From Candidatus Velthaea sp. (lineage in GTDB: Bacteria; Vulcanimicrobiota; Vulcanimicrobiia; Vulcanimicrobiales; Vulcanimicrobiaceae): 64,000 nt of DNA. The position numbers and the translations under genes were made by a program. Positions 1-8,929 of the stretch are shown here, in pieces (position 1 is the first letter of the stretch; the number at the start of each line of letters is the position of its first letter). Location of the stretch: the NCBI GenBank assembly GCA_965214935.1, contig CBDCCS010000022.1, positions 288,001 through 352,000 of the forward strand. Reading direction: 5' to 3'. Under the pieces are notes generated by a model, which did not search any database, was not told the DNA's origin, and worked only from the letters and a program-made list of their open reading frames with translations.

Positions 1-350
1 GAATCCATCACGCGCAATATCGTTCCGAAACTTGCTTTCGGGCTGGCTTTGATGATCACCGATTTGAGATGATGTCCGGTTTGAGCCGCAAGCTTGTCGA
101 ACTCGGCAGCCGCACCGGCCTCGTCGATCGTATCGGAGCCGACTTGGATCTTGTTATTTTCGTCGATCAACACCACGATCTGTGACGCTGTAACCGTATC
201 CGTGTTCTTGGCGACCGGTAATTTCGGCTCTTTAGTGACGGATGCCAGGATGATGAAGATGATCAACAGCACCAGCAACACGTCCGTGAACGGCGTGATA
301 TTGATTGTCGACATGACTTCTTCTTCGGCTTGACCTACAGAAACGGCCAC
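1..350 (-). CDS. exbD: ExbD/TolR family biopolymer transport protein (3' end outside window)
   Basis: Own translation from GTG 350: MAVSVGQAEEEVMSTINITPFTDVLLVLLIIFII...VIIKASPKASFGTILRVMD. Has the INITPxxDVLLVLL ExbD motif and is a paralogue of 416..829. Confidence 0.9.
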   Translation of the reverse strand, partial: MAVSVGQAEEEVMSTINITPFTDVLLVLLIIFIILASVTKEPKLPVAKNTDTVTASQIVVLIDENNKIQVGSDTIDEAGAAAEFDKLAAQTGHHLKSVIIKASPKASFGTILRVMD

Positions 351-415
351 GCTAGTTCAGATGCCCTTCTTGGATGAACCGTCGACGGGCCGACGGTGCG
401 GATGTTCGCACGTGA

Positions 416-829
416 CTACGATGTAACAAAACCAACGTCGGTCAATCCGGCGATCTTCGCCGCGTCGAGGATCGTGATGATGATGCCGTACGGCGCCTTG
501 ATATCGGCAGCGAGCGAAACGTGGATGCGCCCGCGGCGTCGAGCGACTTCGCCCATGTCGGCATAGATGTGGGCGGGGTTCGTTTCCTTATTGTCGACGA
601 AGATGCGACCTTTATCATTGACCAGCACTTCGATCGTCTTACTGGGTTTTTCTATCTCGACTTTTTTGCTGTCGCTCTTGTCGGGCAACTGCTTCTGAAA
701 GCCGGGCGGCGTCACGAGCGCCGCGAGAATCATAAAGATAATGAGCAATACCAATAGCACGTCGGTGAACGGCGTGATATTGATTTCCGCCATAACATCA
801 TCGCCCCCGGCGGACGAAACCATCGACAA
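416..829 (-). CDS. exbD: ExbD/TolR family biopolymer transport protein
   Basis: AEINITPFTDVLLVLLIIFMI transmembrane motif; C-terminal ADxxAPYGxIITILDAAK. Confidence 0.93.
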   Translation of the reverse strand: MSMVSSAGGDDVMAEINITPFTDVLLVLLIIFMILAALVTPPGFQKQLPDKSDSKKVEIEKPSKTIEVLVNDKGRIFVDNKETNPAHIYADMGEVARRRGRIHVSLAADIKAPYGIIITILDAAKIAGLTDVGFVTS

Positions 830-844
830 AGCGCTACGTCTCCC

Positions 845-1537
845 TTAGGCCCGGCTAGTGGAAGCCGGCTGATAGAGGTCCGTCGGAATCGGCGCGCCGG
901 TATTGTGAAAGTGCAACATCTCGGCGAGCTGATTGGCAGCGACGATCATGTCTTGGTTGTACGCCTTGATACGCGTCTTGAAATAGTTGAAGAACACGAC
1001 CGATACGACTGCGACGAACAAGCCGGCAGCCGTGGTGATGAGCGCTTCGGAGACACCGGCGGCAACAACGGCGGGCGTCGAATTCCCCTTGAGCGCGATA
1101 TCTTGGAACGCTTTGATAATACCGAGCACCGTACCGAACAAACCGACAAAAGGCGCAATAACCGCGATCGTTCCGATGATTCCTAAATTACGTTCGAGCG
1201 AGTTGAGATTCTCCATGAGCGCTATCGACAGCGCGTCGGTAATGTCGGCGCGGTTTTTTTCCCCGCGCGCAAGACCGAACTCGAGAATACGCGGCAGCAT
1301 GCCTTTATTTCCCTGGCACGTCCGCATGGCACCGGTCAGGTCATCGGCTGCAATCTTCTGGCCGAGCTGTCGCAGCAACGCTTTTGAATCGGAATGCTGC
1401 GTCGCGAAGAAAAACAGTCGCTCGATAACGATCGCGATTGCGACGACCGATAACAGCAATAGCGCCCACATCGCGGGACCGCCCGATACGATCGTCTGAA
1501 AGAAATTACTGAAATCCACTGTTGCTGGCGCCTCCAA
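845..1537 (-). CDS. exbB: MotA/TolQ/ExbB proton channel protein
   Basis: LGIIGTIAVIAPFVGLFGTVLGIIKAF and GVSEALITTAAGL motifs; upstream of two exbD genes. Confidence 0.93.
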   Translation of the reverse strand: MEAPATVDFSNFFQTIVSGGPAMWALLLLSVVAIAIVIERLFFFATQHSDSKALLRQLGQKIAADDLTGAMRTCQGNKGMLPRILEFGLARGEKNRADITDALSIALMENLNSLERNLGIIGTIAVIAPFVGLFGTVLGIIKAFQDIALKGNSTPAVVAAGVSEALITTAAGLFVAVVSVVFFNYFKTRIKAYNQDMIVAANQLAEMLHFHNTGAPIPTDLYQPASTSRA

Positions 1538-1653
1538 GGACGACGTTTAGTGTGGGCTGACTCGTGATTGGTAACGGTGGCCTTGCTCTGCTTCGGAGCG
1601 AGGCGAGGGTTAGCAATATTCGCCGTGAATCCTCGTCGCCGACGAGGACCGAC

Positions 1654-2970
1654 TCATTTTGTTCCGGCGGTTCCCAGTTGCTTGAGCGCCGCATCGATTT
1701 GCTTACTCAAGTCGGGATCGTTTCCGGTTTTAGCGGATGCTTGTGCCTTATTAAGGTACGTGAGCGCATCCTTTGTGTTTTTGTCGTTCGCTAAAGCCAC
1801 CCCGGCGACATAATTCGAGCGAGCGTCGTTCGCGTCGATCGTGAGTGCCTTATCCGCTTCAGCCTTGACGACTTTCCAATCGGGTTTGGTGTCGCTTGCA
1901 AGAATCATCGCCGCATTGCCGTAGAGCTGAACGGCATATTTCGGAGCGGCCGAAGCCCCCGCATCGAGTTGATCCGCGGCGCCTTTGCGGTCGCCGGATT
2001 TTACGAGCGTCGTCGCCTTATCGTTATAATACTGGGCGATGATGTCACCGGTCTGCGTAATGCCCGGGTCGAGCCGGCTGACGTCTTTGGCCGTTGCAAG
2101 ACCCTTGTCGCTTTGGCCGGCGCCCATATAAGCGGCGGTCAAGTTCGTCTCGATGATGGCCAGTTGATGGTTGTCGGCCTTTGCCGTAAGCGCGAGGTCG
2201 CGCGCACGTTCCAAGTCGCCAACCGCCGGCTCGTATTTTTTACCGGCGTATTGTGCACTGCCGCGAATGTTGTACGCTTCGGGCGACGGTACCAATGCGA
2301 TCGCTTTGGTCGCAAAAGCGACGGCATCATCGTCGCTATTGCTTTTAAGAGCGGTAGCGGCTGCATTGACGTAGGATTTGTCGGCGAGCAACTTATACTT
2401 CGGCGGGATCGGGCCGGCTTTGTCGAACGCGGCGGCCGCAGCGGCCGAATCGTCGGTAAACGCATTGGCAACACCCAATAAGAGATTTGCCTGCCGATCG
2501 TCCGGAGCGTTCCGAAGGTAGTCGGCAAGTTGCGTCTTTGCGCCGGCGTAGTTGCCGCTGCGCTCGAGAACGACGACGTGCGCCAACGCGCCGGTCGCCG
2601 GCTCGTTACTGCCGTCGGTCACCGATCCGCTCCCGGCGAAATTAAGCACGAACGTGTAAAATGCGTCGGCGGGTTTGCCGTCTTTGGATGCCGGCTTATA
2701 TTTCGAGGTTTTAGCGATTTCAAGTGCCGCAGCATCATCGGCATGATTGGTCGACTTGCTGACTGCCGACGGCGCGTCGGCTTTGCCCCCGGCGTGCACG
2801 AAAACTTTGATCGTCACGGTGCCTTTTCCGGCGACCGGTGTGGTGCTCGTACCACGTGAAATGAGTTTGGGCGGGACGTAAAAGACAGCTGTTTGGGCCG
2901 GCACGCCGGCCGGTACGGCGCCCAGGGCAAATGCCGCGACGGCGGCCAAAGGCGTCAGACGAAGGGACAT
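1654..2970 (-). CDS. Exported protein with TonB C-terminal-like domain and TPR repeats
   Basis: Signal peptide; GTVTIKVFV...DDAAALEIAKTSKYKPASKDGKP TonB_C-like segment; TPR-like helices (PEAYNIRGSAQY, ARSNYVAGVAL). Confidence 0.75.
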   Translation of the reverse strand: MSLRLTPLAAVAAFALGAVPAGVPAQTAVFYVPPKLISRGTSTTPVAGKGTVTIKVFVHAGGKADAPSAVSKSTNHADDAAALEIAKTSKYKPASKDGKPADAFYTFVLNFAGSGSVTDGSNEPATGALAHVVVLERSGNYAGAKTQLADYLRNAPDDRQANLLLGVANAFTDDSAAAAAAFDKAGPIPPKYKLLADKSYVNAAATALKSNSDDDAVAFATKAIALVPSPEAYNIRGSAQYAGKKYEPAVGDLERARDLALTAKADNHQLAIIETNLTAAYMGAGQSDKGLATAKDVSRLDPGITQTGDIIAQYYNDKATTLVKSGDRKGAADQLDAGASAAPKYAVQLYGNAAMILASDTKPDWKVVKAEADKALTIDANDARSNYVAGVALANDKNTKDALTYLNKAQASAKTGNDPDLSKQIDAALKQLGTAGTK

Positions 2971-2971
2971 G

Positions 2972-3841
2972 TTACCTCGCGGACGGGGGGGATAACCGGG
3001 CGGTGCCAGGTCGCTCGAGCGTTGCCATCACGCCGCTTGCGACGTCGAAGTATGACATGAGCTGCTTTGTGTCCCCTCCGTCGAGTCCCTCGGCCGCGGT
3101 AACAAGCAGCGCTGCCAAGGACCGCAGATGGCCGGCTAACGGCGCGGCGTTGGCTTTCATGATCGGCGACCAGATCGTTGCCGGCGATCGAGCTAAGCGC
3201 AACATCGACATGATACCCGGTCCGCACAACTCGGCAACATGCCGATCGGCCGAAAGAGCGGGGGCGAGTTCGGCTGCAAGGACGACCGCTACTGCTTGCG
3301 GCAGGTGAGAAGTCAATGCGACGATCGCATCGTGTCGAGTCGCCTCGATTTCAAGCGGCCGGGCGCCCATTGCCGCGATAAAGCGGCCGACCCGTTCGAT
3401 CAAACCGCGGTCCGCATGCGGAACGAAGGCCCAGGTAGCCGCCGCAAACAGATCGGGGCCGGCCGCGTCGATGCCGCCGCGTTCGCGTCCGGCCATCGGA
3501 TGCGTACCGACGTAATTCGGTACGAGTCCAGCATAACGTTGCAACGGCGCTTTCACCGAAGCGACGTCGACGATCAAACGCGGCCCGGCCGTCCCGCGTA
3601 GTTCCTCGAGCGCTTCCGCCGCCGCGTCGACCGGAATCGCCAGCACCAGCGTATCGCAGGTTGCGGCAAGTTCGGCGATCGTTTTTACGGCACGATCGAT
3701 CGCGCCGCGTTCGCGCGCCCGATCGATGACAGCCGGATCCCGATCGCAGCCGATCACCCATGCACCGCGAGCCCGGGCGCACAAGCCGATCGAGCCGCCG
3801 ATGAGCCCGACGCCGGCGATGCCGATGCGTTCGCCCTTCAG
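2972..3841 (-). CDS. tyrA: Prephenate dehydrogenase
   Basis: GIAGVGLIGGS Rossmann motif, DVASVK, HPMAGRE, HDxxVAxTSHLP. Start inferred at CTG 3841 overlapping the aroH TGA; the longer upstream ORF is spurious. Confidence 0.88.
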   Translation of the reverse strand: MKGERIGIAGVGLIGGSIGLCARARGAWVIGCDRDPAVIDRARERGAIDRAVKTIAELAATCDTLVLAIPVDAAAEALEELRGTAGPRLIVDVASVKAPLQRYAGLVPNYVGTHPMAGRERGGIDAAGPDLFAAATWAFVPHADRGLIERVGRFIAAMGARPLEIEATRHDAIVALTSHLPQAVAVVLAAELAPALSADRHVAELCGPGIMSMLRLARSPATIWSPIMKANAAPLAGHLRSLAALLVTAAEGLDGGDTKQLMSYFDVASGVMATLERPGTARLSPPSAR

Positions 3842-4203
3842 CGTTGGAGATCCGGACGTAAACCACGCGCTCCATCGAGATACACGTGTACGATCTGCTG
3901 CGCCGTTTTTTCGGTGTTGACATGCACGAGCACGCGGATGCAGCGGGCCAAGCCGCCCGGCACCGCGATCTCGGTGAAATTGAGCAGCGGCACCAGAAGC
4001 CAGCCCATCCGTCGCGCGGCAGCGGCGGGGAACTCGGAAATAAGATCCGGCGTGGTGGTAAAAAGCGCCGATGCGATATCGTCCGGCACGACGTCGTTCT
4101 GCGCAATAAGCGTGCGCAACAGCTTTTCGGTCGCATCGAGCACCAACGCCGGCTCGTCGCGGTCGACCGTGATCGCACCCCGAATACCGCGCACGAGCGT
4201 CAC
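3838..4203 (-). CDS. aroH: Chorismate mutase, AroH class
   Basis: VRGIRGAIT, FTTTPDL..FPAAAAR, CIRVL, HVYLDGA..LRPDL. Confidence 0.95.
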   Translation of the reverse strand: MTLVRGIRGAITVDRDEPALVLDATEKLLRTLIAQNDVVPDDIASALFTTTPDLISEFPAAAARRMGWLLVPLLNFTEIAVPGGLARCIRVLVHVNTEKTAQQIVHVYLDGARGLRPDLQR

Positions 4204-4928
4204 GAAGCCGCGGCGAGGATCGCGCGCAGTTCGCGCAGTTCGCGCGCGGTTGCAGCGCGCATTTCACCGGCTCCGAGCGTGCCCAACGCAACCGGACCAA
4301 ACCGCAAGCGAACGAGATCGAGCACGGGATGATCGATTTGGTCGAACATCCGGCGTACTTGCCGGTTCTTGCCTTCGTGAATGGTAATATCGATCGTCGA
4401 GCGCATCGGACGGACGGCGACGACGTGCAGCACGGCCGGCGCCGCCCGTCCGTCATCGAGTTTGACCCCGGCGCCCAGCGCCGTTATCTGGTCGGGCGTC
4501 AAACGGCCGCGCACGGTCGCGCGGTAGGTTTTCGCCACACCGAAACGCGGATGCGTGAGAACATGCGCGAGATCGCCGTCGTCGGTTAACAACAAGACGC
4601 CGGCCGTATCGTAATCAAGGCGGCCGACGGGAACGACGCGTTGCAAAACACCGTGGGTCCGCACGACATCGGCGACCGTCCGGCGCCCCTGAGGATCGCT
4701 CATCGTCGTGACGACGCCGAACGGCTTATGCAACACGTAGTAGGCATGATCTTGCGGCGGTACGACGACCTGTCCGCCGAATTCGACCCGATCGCGGGCC
4801 GGGTCGACGGTGGTTCCGAGCTCGCGCACCGTCCCGCCGTTAACGCAAACGCTACCGGCGACGATGAGTTCTTCAGCCTTGCGACGCGACGCGACACCGG
4901 CTTGCGCAAGGTAGCGCGCAAGACGCAT
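4200..4928 (-). CDS. rluB: rRNA pseudouridine synthase (RsuA/RluB family)
   Basis: MRLARYLAQAGVASRR S4 domain, VGRLDYDT catalytic motif, EGKNRQVRRM. Confidence 0.9.
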   Translation of the reverse strand: MRLARYLAQAGVASRRKAEELIVAGSVCVNGGTVRELGTTVDPARDRVEFGGQVVVPPQDHAYYVLHKPFGVVTTMSDPQGRRTVADVVRTHGVLQRVVPVGRLDYDTAGVLLLTDDGDLAHVLTHPRFGVAKTYRATVRGRLTPDQITALGAGVKLDDGRAAPAVLHVVAVRPMRSTIDITIHEGKNRQVRRMFDQIDHPVLDLVRLRFGPVALGTLGAGEMRAATARELRELRAILAAAS

Positions 4929-4959
4929 CTTGACGTTGGAATCGATCGCCCGAACGCCG

Positions 4960-6453
4960 CTAGGCTTTGAGCGCTGCGACCGCGCGATCGGTCAACGCGC
5001 CCAGAAAATCAGCGTTCGCCTTCGACTTGCCGATGCGCTCGAGCACCAACTCGGTAAACTCCGTCGGCCCCAGCGCAACGGTCGCCCGCCGGAACATCCA
5101 CACCTTGCGCAATTCCAGTTCGCTCAAAAGCAATTCTTCGTGCCGCGTTCCGGATCGTTTCAGATCGATTGCCGGAAAAATTCTCGCGTCGGCGAGCGAA
5201 CGCGACAAATCGATCTCGGCATTGGCGCTGCGCCGAAACTCTTCATGAATCTGATCGTCGATCTTGGCGCCGGTCTCGACGAAGACGGTTGCAACGATCG
5301 TAAGCGAACCGCCGCCTTCGACGTTGCGCGCGGCACCGAAATACCGTTTGGCGCGGAACAGCGCAGCAGCTTCAAGTCCACCCGGTACCGTCCGTGGTGA
5401 CGGCGGCACAACGGCGTTGTAAGCGCGCGTCAGACGAGTGATCGAGTCGAGCAGGATGACGGCATCGCCGCCGAGTTCAACGATTCGTTTTGCACGCTCC
5501 AGAACGAGTTCGGCAACATTGAGGTGCAATTCGGGATGTTCGTCGAAAGTGGTCGCGACGACGTCGCCCGTTACGCTTTGCGACAAATCCGTGACGTCTT
5601 CGGGACGCTCGTCGACTAAAACGGCGATCACGTGCGTGCGCGGCGAATTCGCACCGATTGCATTTGCAATCTCTTTAATGAGCGTCGTTTTCCCGGCTTT
5701 CGGCGGCGCAGAGACGAGCACGCGCTGACCTTTGCCGATCGGTGCAAATAAGTCGATGAGCCGAGTCGCGAGCAAGCCGCGCTGCTCGAGCGTCAGCCGC
5801 TCCGTCGGATGAACGGCGATGAGCTCGTCGAACTTCGCGCGTTCGCGAACAGCCTCCGGATCGAATCCGTTGACGGTCTCGACCTTAACGATGCCATAGT
5901 ACTTTTCATTGTCTTTGGGTTTACGTACTTGTCCGGCGACAAGGTCGCCGCGGCGCAACTCGAAACGGCGAATTTGCGACTGAGAAATATAAATATCGTC
6001 GCCGCCGGCGACATAACCCGAACGCCGCAGAAAGCCGTAGCCTTCCGGCAAAATATCGAGCACGCCGTCGGCAAGTTCGAGACCGGAGCGCGCCGCGGCA
6101 ATCTCGAGAATTTGCGCTGCAAGATCGTCCTTCTTTATCTTGACCGGCGCAGCGATGTCGAACGTTTTCGCCAGCTCGTTGAGTTCGGTTTTACTCATCT
6201 CGGCAAGTTGCTGCGCCGATACCATCGGCGGCCCGACCGGCTGAGGAAATTCCGGCTGCGCGAAGATGTCGGTCGCCGGAGCTGCGCCGTTTTCAAATCG
6301 CTGCCGGCCGCGCCGCGAGCGGCGGCGGCGGCTGCCGGCGGCATCGGGAGGACGTCCGTTTTGCGGGGGTCGATTGTCGAATTGCAGCTGAGATCTCTCT
6401 TCTGCGCGGTTGCGCCGCCAAGCGCCACGTATCCGGCGGGGCTGCCGTGACAC
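4960..6453 (-). CDS. rho: Transcription termination factor Rho (Arg-rich N-terminal extension)
   Basis: GYGFLR, DIYISQSQIRRF, GKGQR..PPKAGKT, DERPE, DSITRL, SGTRHEELL. Confidence 0.95.
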   Translation of the reverse strand: MSRQPRRIRGAWRRNRAEERSQLQFDNRPPQNGRPPDAAGSRRRRSRRGRQRFENGAAPATDIFAQPEFPQPVGPPMVSAQQLAEMSKTELNELAKTFDIAAPVKIKKDDLAAQILEIAAARSGLELADGVLDILPEGYGFLRRSGYVAGGDDIYISQSQIRRFELRRGDLVAGQVRKPKDNEKYYGIVKVETVNGFDPEAVRERAKFDELIAVHPTERLTLEQRGLLATRLIDLFAPIGKGQRVLVSAPPKAGKTTLIKEIANAIGANSPRTHVIAVLVDERPEDVTDLSQSVTGDVVATTFDEHPELHLNVAELVLERAKRIVELGGDAVILLDSITRLTRAYNAVVPPSPRTVPGGLEAAALFRAKRYFGAARNVEGGGSLTIVATVFVETGAKIDDQIHEEFRRSANAEIDLSRSLADARIFPAIDLKRSGTRHEELLLSELELRKVWMFRRATVALGPTEFTELVLERIGKSKANADFLGALTDRAVAALKA

Positions 6454-6522
6454 ATTGCAACCCGGAAGCGCCGGGGACGAAGTAAGTCAACGCCTCGAAA
6501 TGCATCGGTCGGCGCCGCCCGG

Positions 6523-6552
6523 ACTATATCACATCTCGAAGCACTACTGCAA
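6523..6552 (-). promoter_or_regulatory. Putative sigma70-type promoter of rho
   Basis: Minus strand TTGCAG-N18-TATAGT with a TGn extended -10, about 70 nt upstream of the rho start. Confidence 0.45.
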
Positions 6553-6594
6553 TTGTCTTTTCGATACGGGCCTCGCCGTTCGCAGCGGCGCCAC

Positions 6595-7197
6595 TTACCC
6601 GCCGTGCGGCGAAAGCGCGCGCTTCCCACTCAAGTAAGCGCTGCCGCGCGCAAAGAATCGGTGCTCGACATCGAGCGAACGCGATAGGCCGATACGTGTC
6701 GACCTGCCGACGGGCGGTCGCGGCGCTTCGCCGGCGGCAAGCCAAAGACGCGGATCGCTATCAAGATCGGCGCCATCGAAACGCCGATCGATATCGAGCC
6801 CTGCACACAGGCGTCCCGGCCCGCGCAACAGGTCGCGGTCGGAAGCCGCTGCGCGGCGCGCCCGGATCTGACCGAGCCCCGCAAGGGGTTCGAGCGCGCG
6901 AATGAGGACTGCAGCGCCGACTCCCGGCCCCTCGCTACTGATGTTCAAACAATACGCCGTACCAAAGATGAAGTACACGTAGGCATGAAAGTTCGCACCG
7001 AACATCGTCCGGTTGCGATTCGTCATCCCGCGATAGGAATGCGATGCCGGATCGGTCGGCACATACGCTTCGGTTTCAACGATGAGACCTGAAGCAATCG
7101 ATTCATCATCGAAGCGCCGAACGAGCGTTACGCCGATCAGGAAGTGGGCGAGCTCGTCGGTTGCTAACGGAACATCTTCGCGCCTGAGTCTACGCAT
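6595..7197 (-). CDS. mpg: DNA-3-methyladenine glycosylase (MPG/AAG family)
   Basis: IVETEAY..D.ASHS, AYVYFIFG..YCLNI, GAAVLIRALEP, GPGRLC, TRIGLS. Confidence 0.93.
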   Translation of the reverse strand: MRRLRREDVPLATDELAHFLIGVTLVRRFDDESIASGLIVETEAYVPTDPASHSYRGMTNRNRTMFGANFHAYVYFIFGTAYCLNISSEGPGVGAAVLIRALEPLAGLGQIRARRAAASDRDLLRGPGRLCAGLDIDRRFDGADLDSDPRLWLAAGEAPRPPVGRSTRIGLSRSLDVEHRFFARGSAYLSGKRALSPHGG

Positions 7198-7241
7198 CGG
7201 GCATCGTTCGTCATCGCACTTCGCGCCCCAGAATTCGCTGT

Positions 7242-7676
7242 TTACGCCGCGACGTGCAACGTAATTTCCGCCGTCGCTCTCGCCTGCATGTCGCGCACCT
7301 CGATTGGTTGCGCAACTTCAAGGCGCGCAAGGCCTAAGCCGTGCAGGAGGCAGCGAACGCGAACGTACGCCATCGCTAGCGCTTTCGGCGGCGTCGTCAT
7401 CCCGTTAAGCTCGCGCGCGACGCGTTCGTCAGCCAGCCGGATGCGAACGCGGCCGAAGCCGTGGCGCTTAAGATAGTGTCCGATCGCGGCAATAGCCGCA
7501 TAGCCGGCTTCGCGGCCTTCAAGCGCCGGAGCGGGAGTCGCTGCGAAGCTTAGGCGGACGACCCGGCTTGCCGTTCCGGTCGCAATCGTCGCGAAGACGA
7601 TGCCTCGACCACGCTCGTCGATTCCATATCCGATCGCAACGTCGGCAGCAGTTTTATTTCGGCGCGAATCGTGCAT
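7242..7676 (-). CDS. Hypothetical protein, degenerate RNase HI (RVT_3)-like fold
   Basis: REAGYAAIAAIGHYLKRHGFGRVRIRLADERVARELNG resembles the RVT_3 segment NEAEY.AL..GL..A...G...L.V.GDS.LV..Q.NG, with the acidic catalytic residues replaced. Confidence 0.6.
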   Translation of the reverse strand: MHDSRRNKTAADVAIGYGIDERGRGIVFATIATGTASRVVRLSFAATPAPALEGREAGYAAIAAIGHYLKRHGFGRVRIRLADERVARELNGMTTPPKALAMAYVRVRCLLHGLGLARLEVAQPIEVRDMQARATAEITLHVAA

Positions 7677-7687
7677 GGCTGATTATC

Positions 7688-7716
7688 ATCCTATACCGAA
7701 CGTACGTTCGAGTCAA
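7688..7716 (-). promoter_or_regulatory. Sigma70 promoter with LexA (SOS/Cheo) box
   Basis: TTGACT-N17-TAGGAT on minus strand; perfect palindrome CGAACGTACGTTCG (7697-7710) lies in the spacer and matches the Gram-positive-type GAAC-N4-GTTC consensus. Confidence 0.85.
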
Positions 7717-8846
7717 GCAACCTTCGCGGCGAGCAGTCGTGAGTAAACTTCTAGTACTCGCCGTGTTTGTAGCCCAACTGTATAGCGCGAGTATGCCAAA
7801 CGTACGGCACTCTCGTCGCGCCCATACAGAAGTGCCGCATCCATTGCCGCTGCAAACCCGCGGGCTTCGGCCGGCACGAGCGTCCCCGAGCCGCTTAGCA
7901 CATCGCTCGACGCCGGCGTGTCGGCAGCGACCACGGATAGTCCGGCGGCCAGCGCCTCGGCGAGCACGAGGCCTTGCGTCTCAGTCGTGCTGGGAAATAC
8001 GAATGCGTCGCTGCAAGCGTAAATATCCGGTAGAGCGATGCTCGGCATCGCTCCAACGAAGCGCACGCGCTCGGTAAGCCCGGCACGCCGCACCCGGGCT
8101 TCGAGTCTCGCGCGATGCGGACCGTCGCCTACGATTGCAAGTCGTGCGCTTGCAATGCGCGAATGGCCGAGCGCGTCGATAGCGAGTTCAAGATTCTTTT
8201 CGCGAGCCAAACGCGACACGACCAGCGCCAACGGCGTATCGTCGCGGGCGCCGAGCAATGCCCGTGTTGCCGGCGAGCGCCGCCCGGCGGCGAAACGATC
8301 GACATCGATCGAGCTCGGGACGATTGCAATCGGCGAGCGAACACCGATCGCGCGCAGCCGCGCTTCCATTGCTCGAGTCGGCACGATCACGACGTTGGCG
8401 ATATTGGCATAGAGACGCGTCAGCCGAACCGCTGCGGCTTCCATTGCATGCCGTTCGAACGGCATATAGTGGGCATACGCTTCGATTCGCGTGTGATAAG
8501 TGAAGACGAGCGGTAAGCCGCGCCGGCGGGCAAATCGCGCTCCCATCCAGCCGGTTACGAACGGTGAATGCGTGTGCACGATCGTGACGTCGCGCACGCG
8601 GGAGCGGTCCGCCACTCGAAGGTACGGAACGCAGAGGCGGTAGGCAGTCGCCGTCGGCAACGGCAGCGACGGAATGCGCACCACGCCGCCGGCATTGTCG
8701 GCGAAGTGCGGGTAGCGCGGCGCGACGGTCGTTACTTGCACGTCGGCCGCCTCGAAACCGGCGCGTAAGGTATCGATGCTCGCGACGATCCCGTTGACGA
8801 TCGGGTGATAGCACTCGGTAAAAAAACCGACGTGAAGCTGTGGCAC
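7713..8846 (-). CDS. Glycosyltransferase family 4 (diacylglycerol glucosyltransferase-like)
   Basis: FTECYHPIVNGI, HTHSPF, FTYHT, SRLAREKN, ETQGLVLAEA. Confidence 0.9.
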   Translation of the reverse strand: MPQLHVGFFTECYHPIVNGIVASIDTLRAGFEAADVQVTTVAPRYPHFADNAGGVVRIPSLPLPTATAYRLCVPYLRVADRSRVRDVTIVHTHSPFVTGWMGARFARRRGLPLVFTYHTRIEAYAHYMPFERHAMEAAAVRLTRLYANIANVVIVPTRAMEARLRAIGVRSPIAIVPSSIDVDRFAAGRRSPATRALLGARDDTPLALVVSRLAREKNLELAIDALGHSRIASARLAIVGDGPHRARLEARVRRAGLTERVRFVGAMPSIALPDIYACSDAFVFPSTTETQGLVLAEALAAGLSVVAADTPASSDVLSGSGTLVPAEARGFAAAMDAALLYGRDESAVRLAYSRYTVGLQTRRVLEVYSRLLAAKVA

Positions 8847-8886
8847 GAACGGCGCAGCTTAGCGCTAAGAGCCCGGAGGGCCTTGG

Positions 8887-8929
8887 CCGTCAAACGGAGT
8901 TTGACGGAGTGTAACGGCTGTGTTATGGT
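8887..8929 (+). promoter_or_regulatory. Promoter of yabE-like/rsmA operon with overlapping operator-like repeats
   Basis: TTGACG(8901)-N17-TATGGT(8924) with TG extension; inverted repeat CCGTCAAAC-GGA-GTTTGACGG; ACGGAGT/ACGGAGT/ACGGCTG direct repeats at 10-bp spacing. Confidence 0.6.
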
